From Myxococcota bacterium (GTDB lineage Bacteria; Myxococcota_A; Polyangia; Polyangiales; Houyiibacteriaceae), in contig JBCCEA010000032.1 of assembly GCA_039030515.1 (NCBI GenBank), positions 1 through 42,523 of the forward strand: DNA of 42,523 nucleotides. The letters run 5' to 3'. The translations under genes and the position numbers were made by a program. This document shows, piece after piece, positions 1 to 9,551 of the stretch. The notes under the pieces are model-generated. The model ran no database searches and was not told where the DNA came from. It was given only the letters and a program-made list of their open reading frames with translations. Position 1 is the stretch's first letter. Every line of letters begins with the position of its first letter.

Positions 1-262
1 CACCACTGTCTTGATGTGACGTTTGGCGAAGATCGAAGAGGCATTCGCAAGAAAAACGGAGCACAGAACTTCGCTCTCATCAACCGATATGCGGTCAGTA
101 TTCTTGAAATGCGACCCTGTCAAAATGAGTGTAGCGATGAAAAAGCGAAAAGCGGCTTGGAGCCAATCCTATTTCATTGAAGTCCTAGCTAATGGTTTTC
201 TCCAGATTTAGATGCGCTCGCCCTGCGTTGTGACAGAGCCTTATTGAGGGGGTTTATGAAAT

Positions 263-1420
263 CTAGGGACTGCCCGCACCAGGGGTTTGCATCTGTTGGA
301 GTTGCTGCAGAATCTCAGGAGGAATGTCCCCAGTAGGTGAATTGGGTGCGACGTTCAGAGGTCCAGACCCTTCGTCGCCTTCCTCTGACATTTGGAAACT
401 CTCTTCGTCTGGCATCATCTTCTCTTCGATGCCTTGTGTGACGATGTAGATCAGATCGTTGCCCTGACGTTGCAAGTATGATCGTCCTTCGCCCTCCGCA
501 GTTCCACCTAGTAGGAGCGTGATCTTCTCCGTTTCGGGTGGGGTGGCATCGCCAGTCGTAGACTGCACTTCGCTTAGGTCAGAATCATCAGGGGCAGCAT
601 CTTCATCAGGAGTACTATCGGACTCGGTGAATACTAGTATTGCCTTAGCTCGAGGCTCTTCCAACCCAGCGTTCGAAACGGTCAACGAGGGTTCAGCAAA
701 ACCTGTAGCGCTTAGACTAACCAGGCTTCGTACGTGGCCCTCAACTTTGCTCGATGCCAATTTCTCGACTGCATGCTCATCCGAGCCCAGGAGTTGCTCC
801 CAGTCATCTCCATTGCGACGAAAACCATACGCTCCATTTTGGCTTTCGAAGTGAACCTCTGTGATATTTTGAAGTTCGAGATCTACGACGCGTCGGTTCC
901 GCCAATCGTCGAGATCCTTGTTAAAGGCGTACTTGATTGAACCTTTTGCGTTGTAGACTCGATCTTCTCCCGCTGCACGCACCATGGTATTTCCACCGCG
1001 AAATGCCCCCAGCAAGAGCGTGGCGACGGTTTCATTGTCGCGTTCTATTTTCACTTGAACTGCGTGACTTTCGTCCACTTCAAGGCGTGCATGGTTCTGA
1101 GCGCGAGTTGCTGCCACGCCGCGGATGTCTAAAGATCCAAGCTTGCTCAGTGCTGTTTGCACTGCAGATTCGTTCGCTTCGGCGTCTAGCGGGAGCTCAA
1201 TTCTCCAAACGTCCTCTTTCTTTACCAGACGAACCTTGTTTTCGTCCGGTCTCGTAATCTCCACAGCGGTGATCTCCGAGTCGTCGATATCTGGAATGCT
1301 AGTTTCCCCCTGGGAGTCTGGGCGAGTTTCGCTGCGATTTCGACCCACCCAGGCGGTCAGGCCGACAAGCGCTATGAGGACCGCGACGGAAGCGGGCAGT
1401 CGGTACTTCATCAAATTCAC
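263..1420 (-). CDS. DUF4340 domain-containing protein (Gld-type ABC accessory)
   Basis: 385 aa; N-terminal TM anchor, repeated beta-rich domain, 'DLDDWRNRRV' motif; last gene of the GldA/F/G-like operon. Confidence 0.75.
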   Translation of the reverse strand: MNLMKYRLPASVAVLIALVGLTAWVGRNRSETRPDSQGETSIPDIDDSEITAVEITRPDENKVRLVKKEDVWRIELPLDAEANESAVQTALSKLGSLDIRGVAATRAQNHARLEVDESHAVQVKIERDNETVATLLLGAFRGGNTMVRAAGEDRVYNAKGSIKYAFNKDLDDWRNRRVVDLELQNITEVHFESQNGAYGFRRNGDDWEQLLGSDEHAVEKLASSKVEGHVRSLVSLSATGFAEPSLTVSNAGLEEPRAKAILVFTESDSTPDEDAAPDDSDLSEVQSTTGDATPPETEKITLLLGGTAEGEGRSYLQRQGNDLIYIVTQGIEEKMMPDEESFQMSEEGDEGSGPLNVAPNSPTGDIPPEILQQLQQMQTPGAGSP

Positions 1421-1566
1421 GGTAGCTTCCTCCTCAGTTTCTAGCTCTTTATGTTCGCCTCGGCCTAGCGATGATGTTCAGAGTGGATTGTGCACGAGCG
1501 ATGTCGCGTCAGTTTCCTCGACAACGAGATATCAAGCTCGACCGGGCAAAAACAGTGTTCGAGTTC

Positions 1567-3384
1567 TCAATCCAGCTTAACCGTGTTTCGCTTCGAGATC
1601 CGAGAGCGCCACCGAAACACTCCGATTAGGGCAAAGAATAGAGGGATACCGAGGGTGTTTGCCCAGCGGTATAGTGCCTTCTTGCTGTTCCATTTTTCGC
1701 CCTCATCCTTGAGACGTTCGATGGCTCGTTCACGGTCGCTGATGGCATCCTCTGCAGCTTCCAAATTGTTTTCGTCGATAGCGGCTCGAGCAGTGTCCTC
1801 GGCTTCTCGAGCAGAACGCTCGGCCTCCTGTACTCCGGCTGGCACCTCGAGTGCAGGTTCCTCCACGGTTTTTGCACGCACTGCGATGAGATCGTTGTCT
1901 TGCGCGAGCCAGTCGACTGAGTTCAGCGAGAACGCCCCGAGCGATGATCGCCCCACCTGAGTTCCTGCTTGATTGTCTGGTAAGAACACGTCCGTGAGGA
2001 ACATCCCTGTCCCGGAGATCAGGATGCGTACGGGTCGACCGGCGCGCTCGGCTTGCGAACTCTCCAAATCTTGGCTTGAGTTTGAGGAGTCTTGGCCTGA
2101 GTTTGAGCTTACCATGGCTGAAGGAAACGCGTTGGGCACTCGTCCCTCCACGGCTACCGCAATGGGAAACGGCCCGACCTCTGCGGGACGAGGCCACTCA
2201 CCGAGAGGGCGAGGCGAGAGGCGGATGGTTTCTGAGTCAGCAAGCCAGGAGTACTCGCTGGAGCTCGCGATCACGGTTCTTGTAACACCTGTTTCTTCGT
2301 CGAATGATTCACTGAGCTCAAGCTGGCTCGGGAACGGCATGGCTGTCGAAGTGATCCTAAATGCTACCGGATGAGCCTGCTGGGCGTCGTCGAAGCCGAC
2401 GATCGGTAGAGCGAAGTACGGCATTTGTATCTGCACACGCATTCCGCCTAGATTTGTTGGGGTCGGTATAGGTTGACACTGCCGGTCGAGAATCAACGCA
2501 TTCTTTACACGAACACCCCACGGACTGATGAGCTGGTTGACTCCTGTGTCAACTCGGCTTGCGGAGGCGGTCTGAATGTTGTCCACGGCCACTTTATGTG
2601 TGCCGCCAAAAAGACCGAGGCTGCCTCCCGCCATGACGTAGTCGTTCAATCGGCGGAGTGTGCCTTCGCTGAGCGACTCGGTGGGATCGACTACAAGCAC
2701 CGCCGCGATCTCGCTTGGGTCTATGGACTCAGTCGCGTCGATATCTTGTAGTTCGTATCCGGGAAGCCAACTGCCGAGATTGCTCATTCCTTCGCTCAGA
2801 GTCGCACCGCCACCAACGCTGAGTACGCCTACCGTTTTCTTTTCCCCGGAAAGCTCCTTAAGAGTGGTCGTAATTTGGTATTCCAAGCCACTGGTGTCTC
2901 GATCGACGTTGATCGCTCGGCGCTCTCCTAGGTATTGGATGACGAAGCCGCGATAACCTTCCTTGTAAGTGAAGCCGTCGTTTTCAAAGTCCTGTACGCG
3001 GAGCCTTATGAGTCCAGCTTCTTCGGCCTCGAGTTGTTCCTCCTCTTCGTCCGGTGTGACCACTTTCACCCGAATGTTTCCATTCGAGGCGGCTTCATAC
3101 TCCGAGAGAATGTCCCGTATGTATTGCTCTACATCCGGAGGAGGAAGGTCTTCGGTAAAGTAGGCGGTAATCTCGAGCTGATCCTCTAGGGAACGGGCAA
3201 GTCTTCGCGAACCCTCCGAAAGCGAGAAAAGCTCGTTTCGAGTGACGTCGATCCGCTGCGCGACTCCGAAGGAGCCGAGCACGTTGACCAGGGCAAGGAT
3301 GCTCACCAGTACGATGAGGTAGGTGATGGATTCCCCAGCCAACTTCGTACGCTGACTTTGATTCCTCGGAGTGTTGCCGTTCAC
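1567..3384 (-). CDS. GldG-family ABC-type transport auxiliary component
   Basis: N-terminal TM, 'RIDVTRNELFSLS', 'LEYQITT', 'LNDYVMAGGSL', 'NSVDWL', C-terminal TM; start moved to GTG 3384, which follows GGAGG and the upstream stop. Confidence 0.85.
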   Translation of the reverse strand: MNGNTPRNQSQRTKLAGESITYLIVLVSILALVNVLGSFGVAQRIDVTRNELFSLSEGSRRLARSLEDQLEITAYFTEDLPPPDVEQYIRDILSEYEAASNGNIRVKVVTPDEEEEQLEAEEAGLIRLRVQDFENDGFTYKEGYRGFVIQYLGERRAINVDRDTSGLEYQITTTLKELSGEKKTVGVLSVGGGATLSEGMSNLGSWLPGYELQDIDATESIDPSEIAAVLVVDPTESLSEGTLRRLNDYVMAGGSLGLFGGTHKVAVDNIQTASASRVDTGVNQLISPWGVRVKNALILDRQCQPIPTPTNLGGMRVQIQMPYFALPIVGFDDAQQAHPVAFRITSTAMPFPSQLELSESFDEETGVTRTVIASSSEYSWLADSETIRLSPRPLGEWPRPAEVGPFPIAVAVEGRVPNAFPSAMVSSNSGQDSSNSSQDLESSQAERAGRPVRILISGTGMFLTDVFLPDNQAGTQVGRSSLGAFSLNSVDWLAQDNDLIAVRAKTVEEPALEVPAGVQEAERSAREAEDTARAAIDENNLEAAEDAISDRERAIERLKDEGEKWNSKKALYRWANTLGIPLFFALIGVFRWRSRISKRNTVKLD

Positions 3385-3386
3385 GA

Positions 3387-4103
3387 TCAACCCCTCCAAC
3401 GACGGCTCTCAAGCGACCGAAATGCGATAGCTAGTGAGATACCGATGATGGTGAAAAAGTAAAAAAGGTCCCTAGTGTCGATAACCCCACGAGCCATGTT
3501 GCGTAGATGGAAATCCAGGGACAGCCATTGAGCGGTGCGCGCGGCCCAGCTGGGAAGAAATGGCAAAATCTGCCCGCAAATCCAAAACACAAACCCCAGA
3601 AAAGCCGCAACGAAGAGTGCGATCAGCTGATTGTTGGTAAAGCTTGAAGCCATCAGCCCCAAGGCCAGTAGGGCGCCTCCGTGTAAGAAGATCCCCAAAT
3701 AGCCTCCCAATACTGGGCCCCAGTCCAATGTACCCAAGGTCGATACACTGATGGGGTAGGGGAGCGTGAGGAGAAGAAGTGTCGAGTAGAGTCCCATCAC
3801 CCCGAGATACTTGCCCAGCACGACTTCCCAGTCCTTGACCGGCATCGTGATCAAAAGCTCCAGAGTACCCGTACGGCGTTCCTCTGCGAGGAGCCCCATG
3901 CTTAGTGCTGGAGCCGCTAGGATCAGAAACATTGTCAGAAGCTGAAAGAGGTCTCTAACGGAAGCGCGGCCCATAAGAAAAAAGCTCTGCCAGAAAAAAT
4001 AACCAAGCAGCAGCAGCACGATGCAAATGACGATATACGCGACGGGTCCGTTAAAGTAACCGAGGAGTTCGCGCTTGGCGATGGTAAGCGTATTGCGCAT
4101 CAC
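3387..4103 (-). CDS. ABC-2 permease, GldF-like
   Basis: 6 TM helices; 'AEERRTGTLELLITMP..WEVVLGKY' and 'GVIDTRDLFYF'. Confidence 0.9.
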   Translation of the reverse strand: MMRNTLTIAKRELLGYFNGPVAYIVICIVLLLLGYFFWQSFFLMGRASVRDLFQLLTMFLILAAPALSMGLLAEERRTGTLELLITMPVKDWEVVLGKYLGVMGLYSTLLLLTLPYPISVSTLGTLDWGPVLGGYLGIFLHGGALLALGLMASSFTNNQLIALFVAAFLGFVFWICGQILPFLPSWAARTAQWLSLDFHLRNMARGVIDTRDLFYFFTIIGISLAIAFRSLESRRWRG

Positions 4104-5173
4104 TGACCTCCCTCCTCTGAAGTTTCTTCTGACTCTCTCGAAGTTTTGTCGTTGGCGAGGTTGACCTCTTGCGCTCGTTTGCCTGACTTCTCTCGGCTAG
4201 CAGAAGAAGAAGAGCCAACGGTCAAATCCTTGAAGACCGCGCCGAGATCTCGCGAGGTAATTCGCAGTCCCACCAGCAGTAGATCGTGTTCAACGGCAGC
4301 GCGGAAAATCTTGGGTCGCAAATCTTCAGATTCTGCTGCTTCGATGTCGAATACCAACTCGTCGCCACGCTCAAAAGACTTGAGATGCTTCACTCCCTCG
4401 AGTTTGGAGAACGCCGTGGACGCTGCCGAAGTTACGGAAGCTTTGTCTCCTCCGCGCGAACCGGTGACGGCAATGATCGCCTCCACCCGGGCAGATTGGT
4501 TTCGCTGCAGTGCCTCGGGTGCGTCGTCCGCGACGATCGTTCCTTCATTAATAATGAGTACTCGGTCGCATGTTCGTTGAATCTCACCCAGATCGTGGGT
4601 GGAGAGGATCACTGTTTTCTCTCTCCCAAGATGACGAATTAAGTCGCGTATCTCAGCAGCCTGATTTGGGTCGAGCCCGGAAAGAGGTTCATCCAAAATG
4701 AGGATTGGCGGCTCGTGAATCAACGCTTGAGCTAGGCCAACGCGCTGCCGATATCCCTTTGAGAGGGCTCGGATTTCCTTGCCGATTACATCCCCTAGGG
4801 TTGTCGCATCGACTGCGTTCTTGACCCGGCGTTTCGCCTCTTTACCCTGAAAACCCCGCATCGCTGCGATGAACTCGAGATACTCGACAACCATCATATC
4901 GGTGTAGAGCGGCGTGTGCTCTGGCAGGTAGCCGAGTGCGGAGCGGACGCCGAGAGAATCTTCGAAAACATCGCACCCATTGACCCGAGCCGACCCAGAC
5001 GTCGGGGAGATAAAGCAGGTCAAGATCTTCATGGTCGTGGTCTTGCCAGCGCCGTTCGGACCTAGAAATCCGAGTACCTCCCCGCGGCGAACCTCGAAGT
5101 TCACATCTTTGATCGCGAAGACGGAGCCATAACTCTTGGTCAGATTCCGCGCCTCGATCATCACATCGGACAT
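4100..5173 (-). CDS. ABC transporter ATP-binding protein, GldA-like
   Basis: Walker A GPNGAGKT, signature LSKGYRQR, Walker B ILILDEP, H-loop STH; 4-bp overlap with the permease. Confidence 0.95.
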   Translation of the reverse strand: MSDVMIEARNLTKSYGSVFAIKDVNFEVRRGEVLGFLGPNGAGKTTTMKILTCFISPTSGSARVNGCDVFEDSLGVRSALGYLPEHTPLYTDMMVVEYLEFIAAMRGFQGKEAKRRVKNAVDATTLGDVIGKEIRALSKGYRQRVGLAQALIHEPPILILDEPLSGLDPNQAAEIRDLIRHLGREKTVILSTHDLGEIQRTCDRVLIINEGTIVADDAPEALQRNQSARVEAIIAVTGSRGGDKASVTSAASTAFSKLEGVKHLKSFERGDELVFDIEAAESEDLRPKIFRAAVEHDLLLVGLRITSRDLGAVFKDLTVGSSSSASREKSGKRAQEVNLANDKTSRESEETSEEGGQ

Positions 5174-5329
5174 TGCGAAGCCTTCTCCCGTTGTTTCACC
5201 CGCGGTTTCATGATGAAAGGCGAGCGGGCGCAGATGGTAGTGCGAAGCAACTTTGAGTCAAGTCATTCGCTTGGACGGATGCGCGCACCCTGTGTTCGCG
5301 GATCTGTCGACTCAGTGGGCGCATAGAGG

Positions 5330-7309
5330 CTAGACGGCGGCTTGCTCGAACTCACGTTTCGACGCGATCCAAACGAGGAGCGCCAGCGCGAGTGTTGTGG
5401 CGCCAATCAAGATGAATCCGTGCTCCCATAGAGTCAGCGCCGGTATCGGAGCGATGAACCGAGCGGCCTCTTCGCCAACGATCTTTTGCACACCGGCAAG
5501 CTTCACCGCGTGGTGCTGCATTGAGATGAGCCGAGCGTGACCTGGAAGCAGACCGCCAAGTAATTCAAACACTCCAATAAATACGACCCAAACACTTCCG
5601 GAATTCCTGGGCATCAGAGATCCGAAGATGATCGCCCACGCAGTATAATAGGTCGCTAGCCCCGTCATGGCGCTGAGCGCTCGGAGGGTATGTGGCAACT
5701 CGTCGATGACAAGCTCTGGTGTGCCCAAGAACACGCCGAGGTGCACAAGGCCTACGCCAGACGCGAGTAAGGAAATAGCGAGTACAGAGCTTGATAGCCA
5801 CTTGCCCAATGAAATCGTATATCTCGGAATCGGACGGCAAGTCAGATAGGTCGTAGCTTGCGATTGCATGCCGTCTGTAAATGCACCGGAACCGAACAAG
5901 AAAGGGATGAAGTAGATTAGAAGCCCGAAGAAGCCGTTTCGAATACAGCCCTCCATCATATACCGAGAAAAATCCAGCGTTTGCTCTCCTGTCAAGTTCC
6001 CGTTGGCAGTGGTGAGACCGTTATAGCGGAGGACCAAGGTGACGAGGACGATCAGGAAGATAACTCCTAGGCTAAGATGGATTTTGCGCCCTCGACGCAT
6101 AATCCTCCAGTGGAGAGAGGTGATGGACAGCGTAGCGGCGGCCGGAGATGGCGGGTCGGATGTTCGAGATAGTAGGGATGCTGCGAGACCTTTGCATGAG
6201 CCACGATCGCGCTTGCCCCTGAACTCGCCCGCGTGCTGGTGCATTTTGGTACTTGGTTGTACTTTGGTACTTGGTTGTACCTTGGCACTTGGTTGCAGGG
6301 TATCGACTGGTTGCAGGGTATCTAGCGGCGCTGTTTTCGGTAGTCGGACCGAGCCGGCTGCGCGCCCACTCCGCTCCACTAGCATATGGAACAACGCCTC
6401 TAGATTGGCGTCCGGACTGATGATCGACGTCACTTCCAGTTTGCTTGTGACGCTGGCTTGAACGATTTGCTCGTACGCCCGAGAAGGTTTCGCGGTAGCT
6501 ACTGTGACCCTGTGCTCCTCTAAGTAGATCGCGCGCACGCCGTCCACTTGAGCCATCATTGCACCGAGAGCTCGGGGGCTATTGCAAACGACTTGGATGT
6601 GGTGAGGACAGTCGTCGAGTAGTGCTCGAATTTCGGACGATGTGCCCTTGGCAACCAATTGTCCCCGAGCGATCAGCAACAACTTGTCGGTGATCGATTC
6701 GACTTCGTGCAGAAGATGGGTTGCAAAAAGCACCAGTCCGCCTCGGTCTCCACATTTTTTCACCTGTTCAAGCACGATTCCCCTCGAAACGGGGTCGGTT
6801 CCGACGAGTGGCTCGTCCAGTAGTAAGATCTTGGGGTCATGCACCAAACACTGGGCGAGCTTCACGCGCTGCCTCATTCCCCGGCTGAACGATTCAATCC
6901 GGCGGTACATCACATCCCGAAGGCCGAGTTCGTTGAGAATGAATTGACTCCGGTCCCGTATTTCTTCTCGTGGTACGCCCTGTAGTTCAGCAAGAGAAGA
7001 GACGAACTCAAGAGCGGTTAACCCGTCGTAGAGCGCATTCGTATCTGGGCAAAATCCGGTGTGTACTCGGCTCACTCGGCTGAGGAATGGCTGCTCTTCA
7101 GCGATCTCCACTGTTCCCGTACTTGGCTGTAACTGCCCTGCAAGTAGTTTGAGAAAAGTGGTTTTTCCTGAACCGCTAGGGCCAAGAAGGCCCCAAATGC
7201 CAGGTTCGAGTTGTATGCTTACATCCTGCAGAGCTGTGACCTTGCCATGCCACTTGGTGAGGTTTGTTGCTCGTATAATGTAAGGTGTTGAATCAGAGGC
7301 GATCGTCAA
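5330..7309 (-). CDS. ABC ATPase fused to a C-terminal ABC-2-type permease
   Basis: GPSGSGKT, FSRGMRQR and LLLDEP in the N-terminal half; ~6 TM helices in the C-terminal half; repeat linker between them. Confidence 0.85.
   Translation of the reverse strand: MTIASDSTPYIIRATNLTKWHGKVTALQDVSIQLEPGIWGLLGPSGSGKTTFLKLLAGQLQPSTGTVEIAEEQPFLSRVSRVHTGFCPDTNALYDGLTALEFVSSLAELQGVPREEIRDRSQFILNELGLRDVMYRRIESFSRGMRQRVKLAQCLVHDPKILLLDEPLVGTDPVSRGIVLEQVKKCGDRGGLVLFATHLLHEVESITDKLLLIARGQLVAKGTSSEIRALLDDCPHHIQVVCNSPRALGAMMAQVDGVRAIYLEEHRVTVATAKPSRAYEQIVQASVTSKLEVTSIISPDANLEALFHMLVERSGRAAGSVRLPKTAPLDTLQPVDTLQPSAKVQPSTKVQPSTKMHQHAGEFRGKRDRGSCKGLAASLLSRTSDPPSPAAATLSITSLHWRIMRRGRKIHLSLGVIFLIVLVTLVLRYNGLTTANGNLTGEQTLDFSRYMMEGCIRNGFFGLLIYFIPFLFGSGAFTDGMQSQATTYLTCRPIPRYTISLGKWLSSSVLAISLLASGVGLVHLGVFLGTPELVIDELPHTLRALSAMTGLATYYTAWAIIFGSLMPRNSGSVWVVFIGVFELLGGLLPGHARLISMQHHAVKLAGVQKIVGEEAARFIAPIPALTLWEHGFILIGATTLALALLVWIASKREFEQAAV
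6244..6322. repeat. 18-bp tandem repeat in the fusion linker (LDTLQP/VDTLQP/SAKVQP/STKVQP)
   Basis: ttttggtacttggttgta / ctttggtacttggttgta / ccttggcacttggttgca / gggtatcgactggttgca / gggtatc. Confidence 0.9.
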
Positions 7310-8145
7310 CGAACTACCTCAGCCTGCTCTAGGCGCTTCAGGGCACCCAATACAGCGAAGAGCGCGGCTGTGATGAGAACCGTCAGTGCTTGAGACCAAT
7401 GAAGGGCTGAATCGGATTGAATTTTGAAAATCGCATCGTTTACCTCGGCGAGTAGCGTCGGAACGGATGCGAGTAGGAGCCATGGCCATCCAGAGGTTCC
7501 CTGGCTTCTCAAAAGGGCTGTTGCATGGACCATGTTCCCGAGGACGTGTGGGACGATGAAGAGCACGAGCCATACCCCCATCGTTATCGCTCGGCTGCTG
7601 CTCAGTGACGAAATGCCGACCGAGAGACAAGCGACGATGGCGGAGGTGAATATCGAAGAGGTCGCTGCTGGAAAGAGCACGCCATAGGCTTCAAGCGGCG
7701 TGAAATTCGGATCGTTTGCTGCGGAGAGGATGCTGAGCAGGATGCCGGTTGCCGCGGCAGGTATAAAGGTAACTGCAAAGCAGGTGAGGGCGACAGCGCC
7801 GATCTGCCCTGCGAGGTATTGGGCGGGAGTTGTCGGTTTGACAAAATAGAATCGGAAGATGCCGTTCCGAAGATCGTCCGCAATCGCGACACTGCCTGAT
7901 CCCAAGCTGACCAAGGCCACAGGGATCCAGATGAGATAGCGAAATACGACGGACCACACGGGCAACTCGAAGGCTCTCGCAAATCCGGCGGCGAGGAGCA
8001 CTGTCCAGCAGCTGAATACGGCAATTCTCACGAGCCAAGATCGGGACGCACGACGAAGGCAATGACGGAGAAGCACCCAGACGTTGTTGCTTGTGGGAAG
8101 CCGTTTGCCTACGTATGGTCGATAACCCAGGTCTCGAACCGTCAT
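7306..8145 (-). CDS. ABC-2 family permease subunit
   Basis: 'DLGYRPY' N-terminus, 'IADDLRNGIFRFYFVKP..PAQYLAG', multiple TM; 4-bp overlap with the downstream ATPase. Confidence 0.85.
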   Translation of the reverse strand: MTVRDLGYRPYVGKRLPTSNNVWVLLRHCLRRASRSWLVRIAVFSCWTVLLAAGFARAFELPVWSVVFRYLIWIPVALVSLGSGSVAIADDLRNGIFRFYFVKPTTPAQYLAGQIGAVALTCFAVTFIPAAATGILLSILSAANDPNFTPLEAYGVLFPAATSSIFTSAIVACLSVGISSLSSSRAITMGVWLVLFIVPHVLGNMVHATALLRSQGTSGWPWLLLASVPTLLAEVNDAIFKIQSDSALHWSQALTVLITAALFAVLGALKRLEQAEVVR

Positions 8146-8219
8146 CGGAATGCAAGCTAGTCGACCCCTTCAAGCGGGGCAATCAATCCAAGGCTTCCCG
8201 GAGTTCAGAAGAAATATTG

Positions 8220-9551
8220 ATGTCCGATGGATCCGCGAAACGCAGAAAACACATGAAGAGGAGATGGGTTCAGATCGCGTCTCTGGTCTCCCGAACTTCG
8301 GGGTTCTTTCCCCTGACCTCCCTCGGACTCACTCTGGGCGCTGTCGCCCTCCTCGGCCTCAAGTTTCTCGCGATCGACGCGATGGACCGTGTCGTCTTTG
8401 TCGTCGCCTACGGCGCACTCGGTTTGCTCTTTTTTTCAACGATTTTTGTCGTGATTGCGTCTTTCGTAGTGGCACGCGTGGTCGGCTTGCAATCCAAGAA
8501 TCTGATTCAGCGTTCTGACCTGTTCGAAGTGCTACTCGCCACATCCACGTTTTCAAAAACCGGATTCCACATCCCTTCGCTCCTTTGGTTGCCTTTGCTC
8601 AGGGTTCGAGGTCGATGGCTCGATCCACCTGCAGAGTCGCGAGATTCCGGCGAGGAAGCCGTAGCCCCATCTCGGCGGGGTTTGTATGAACGCATCTTGA
8701 GGCATCTGACCGTAGAGGATGTATTCGGTCTGTCTCGGATTTCTTTCTCTATTGAGCAGCGGGTCCGCGTACGCGTGCGCCCTCATCTCGGGAATCTCCA
8801 GGCTGCTCCGATATGGAGTTCCTTGTCTGGCGGAGGTGATGTGCCTCACCCCTTTGGATCTCCGGATGGCGATCGCGTCGAGCTTCGGCGTTATGTGCCG
8901 GGAGACCCTGCACGATTTATCCACTGGAAGATATTTAGTCGGACTCGACGCCTGATGGTACGCACTCCTGAAAGGGCGTTGACCAAGTCTCGCCGAACTG
9001 TGGCCTATTTGATCGCTGGTGTTTCTGATGAGGCGACCGCAGCTCTCGCATATTTTGCGCTGGAGAACCGATTGTTTGACGGGGATTGGACTTTCCGAGC
9101 AGACGGAAGCTCCGTGTCTACAAAAAATCGAACGGAGGCACAGACACAAGTTCTGCGCTCTGCGCTGCACCCGGGTGGAGTTGGTTTCAGAGCCTATCTT
9201 GAGCAGAGCGATCGAGGTGGTCCTTCTTCGCTTCTGATTTTTGCGCCTCCGGTGGAAGGTCTTTGGATCGACCGGGTGGTTCCTTTGCTCAGGGGCCGGA
9301 AGGCTCTCGTATTGATCGGTGTCGATGGGGTGTGCCGTACAGAGCATCCTTCACTGCTCTTGCGCATCCTCGCGCGAAACGCACCGAGACAAGGCAAGAA
9401 GGTCGCGGTCGTGGAACGCGTGGTACGGCGCCTTCGCTTTGCGGGAGCCCAAGTGCATGTGTTCGATCGACGCACGGGACGCATGGTAGACGGCCTGTCT
9501 GCTGATGCGCGAGTGAGTTTCGCCTCCCGTCATGCCGAGGATGCCGCATGA
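8220..9551 (+). CDS. DUF58 domain-containing membrane protein
   Basis: 'ELRRYVPGDPARFIHWK' DUF58 motif, two N-terminal TMs; start moved to ATG 8220 to avoid overlapping the divergent permease. Confidence 0.9.
   Translation: MSDGSAKRRKHMKRRWVQIASLVSRTSGFFPLTSLGLTLGAVALLGLKFLAIDAMDRVVFVVAYGALGLLFFSTIFVVIASFVVARVVGLQSKNLIQRSDLFEVLLATSTFSKTGFHIPSLLWLPLLRVRGRWLDPPAESRDSGEEAVAPSRRGLYERILRHLTVEDVFGLSRISFSIEQRVRVRVRPHLGNLQAAPIWSSLSGGGDVPHPFGSPDGDRVELRRYVPGDPARFIHWKIFSRTRRLMVRTPERALTKSRRTVAYLIAGVSDEATAALAYFALENRLFDGDWTFRADGSSVSTKNRTEAQTQVLRSALHPGGVGFRAYLEQSDRGGPSSLLIFAPPVEGLWIDRVVPLLRGRKALVLIGVDGVCRTEHPSLLLRILARNAPRQGKKVAVVERVVRRLRFAGAQVHVFDRRTGRMVDGLSADARVSFASRHAEDAA

Noticed and set aside
23..211. 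62-aa ORF at the window start
   Set aside because: TTG start, no motif, no supporting context.
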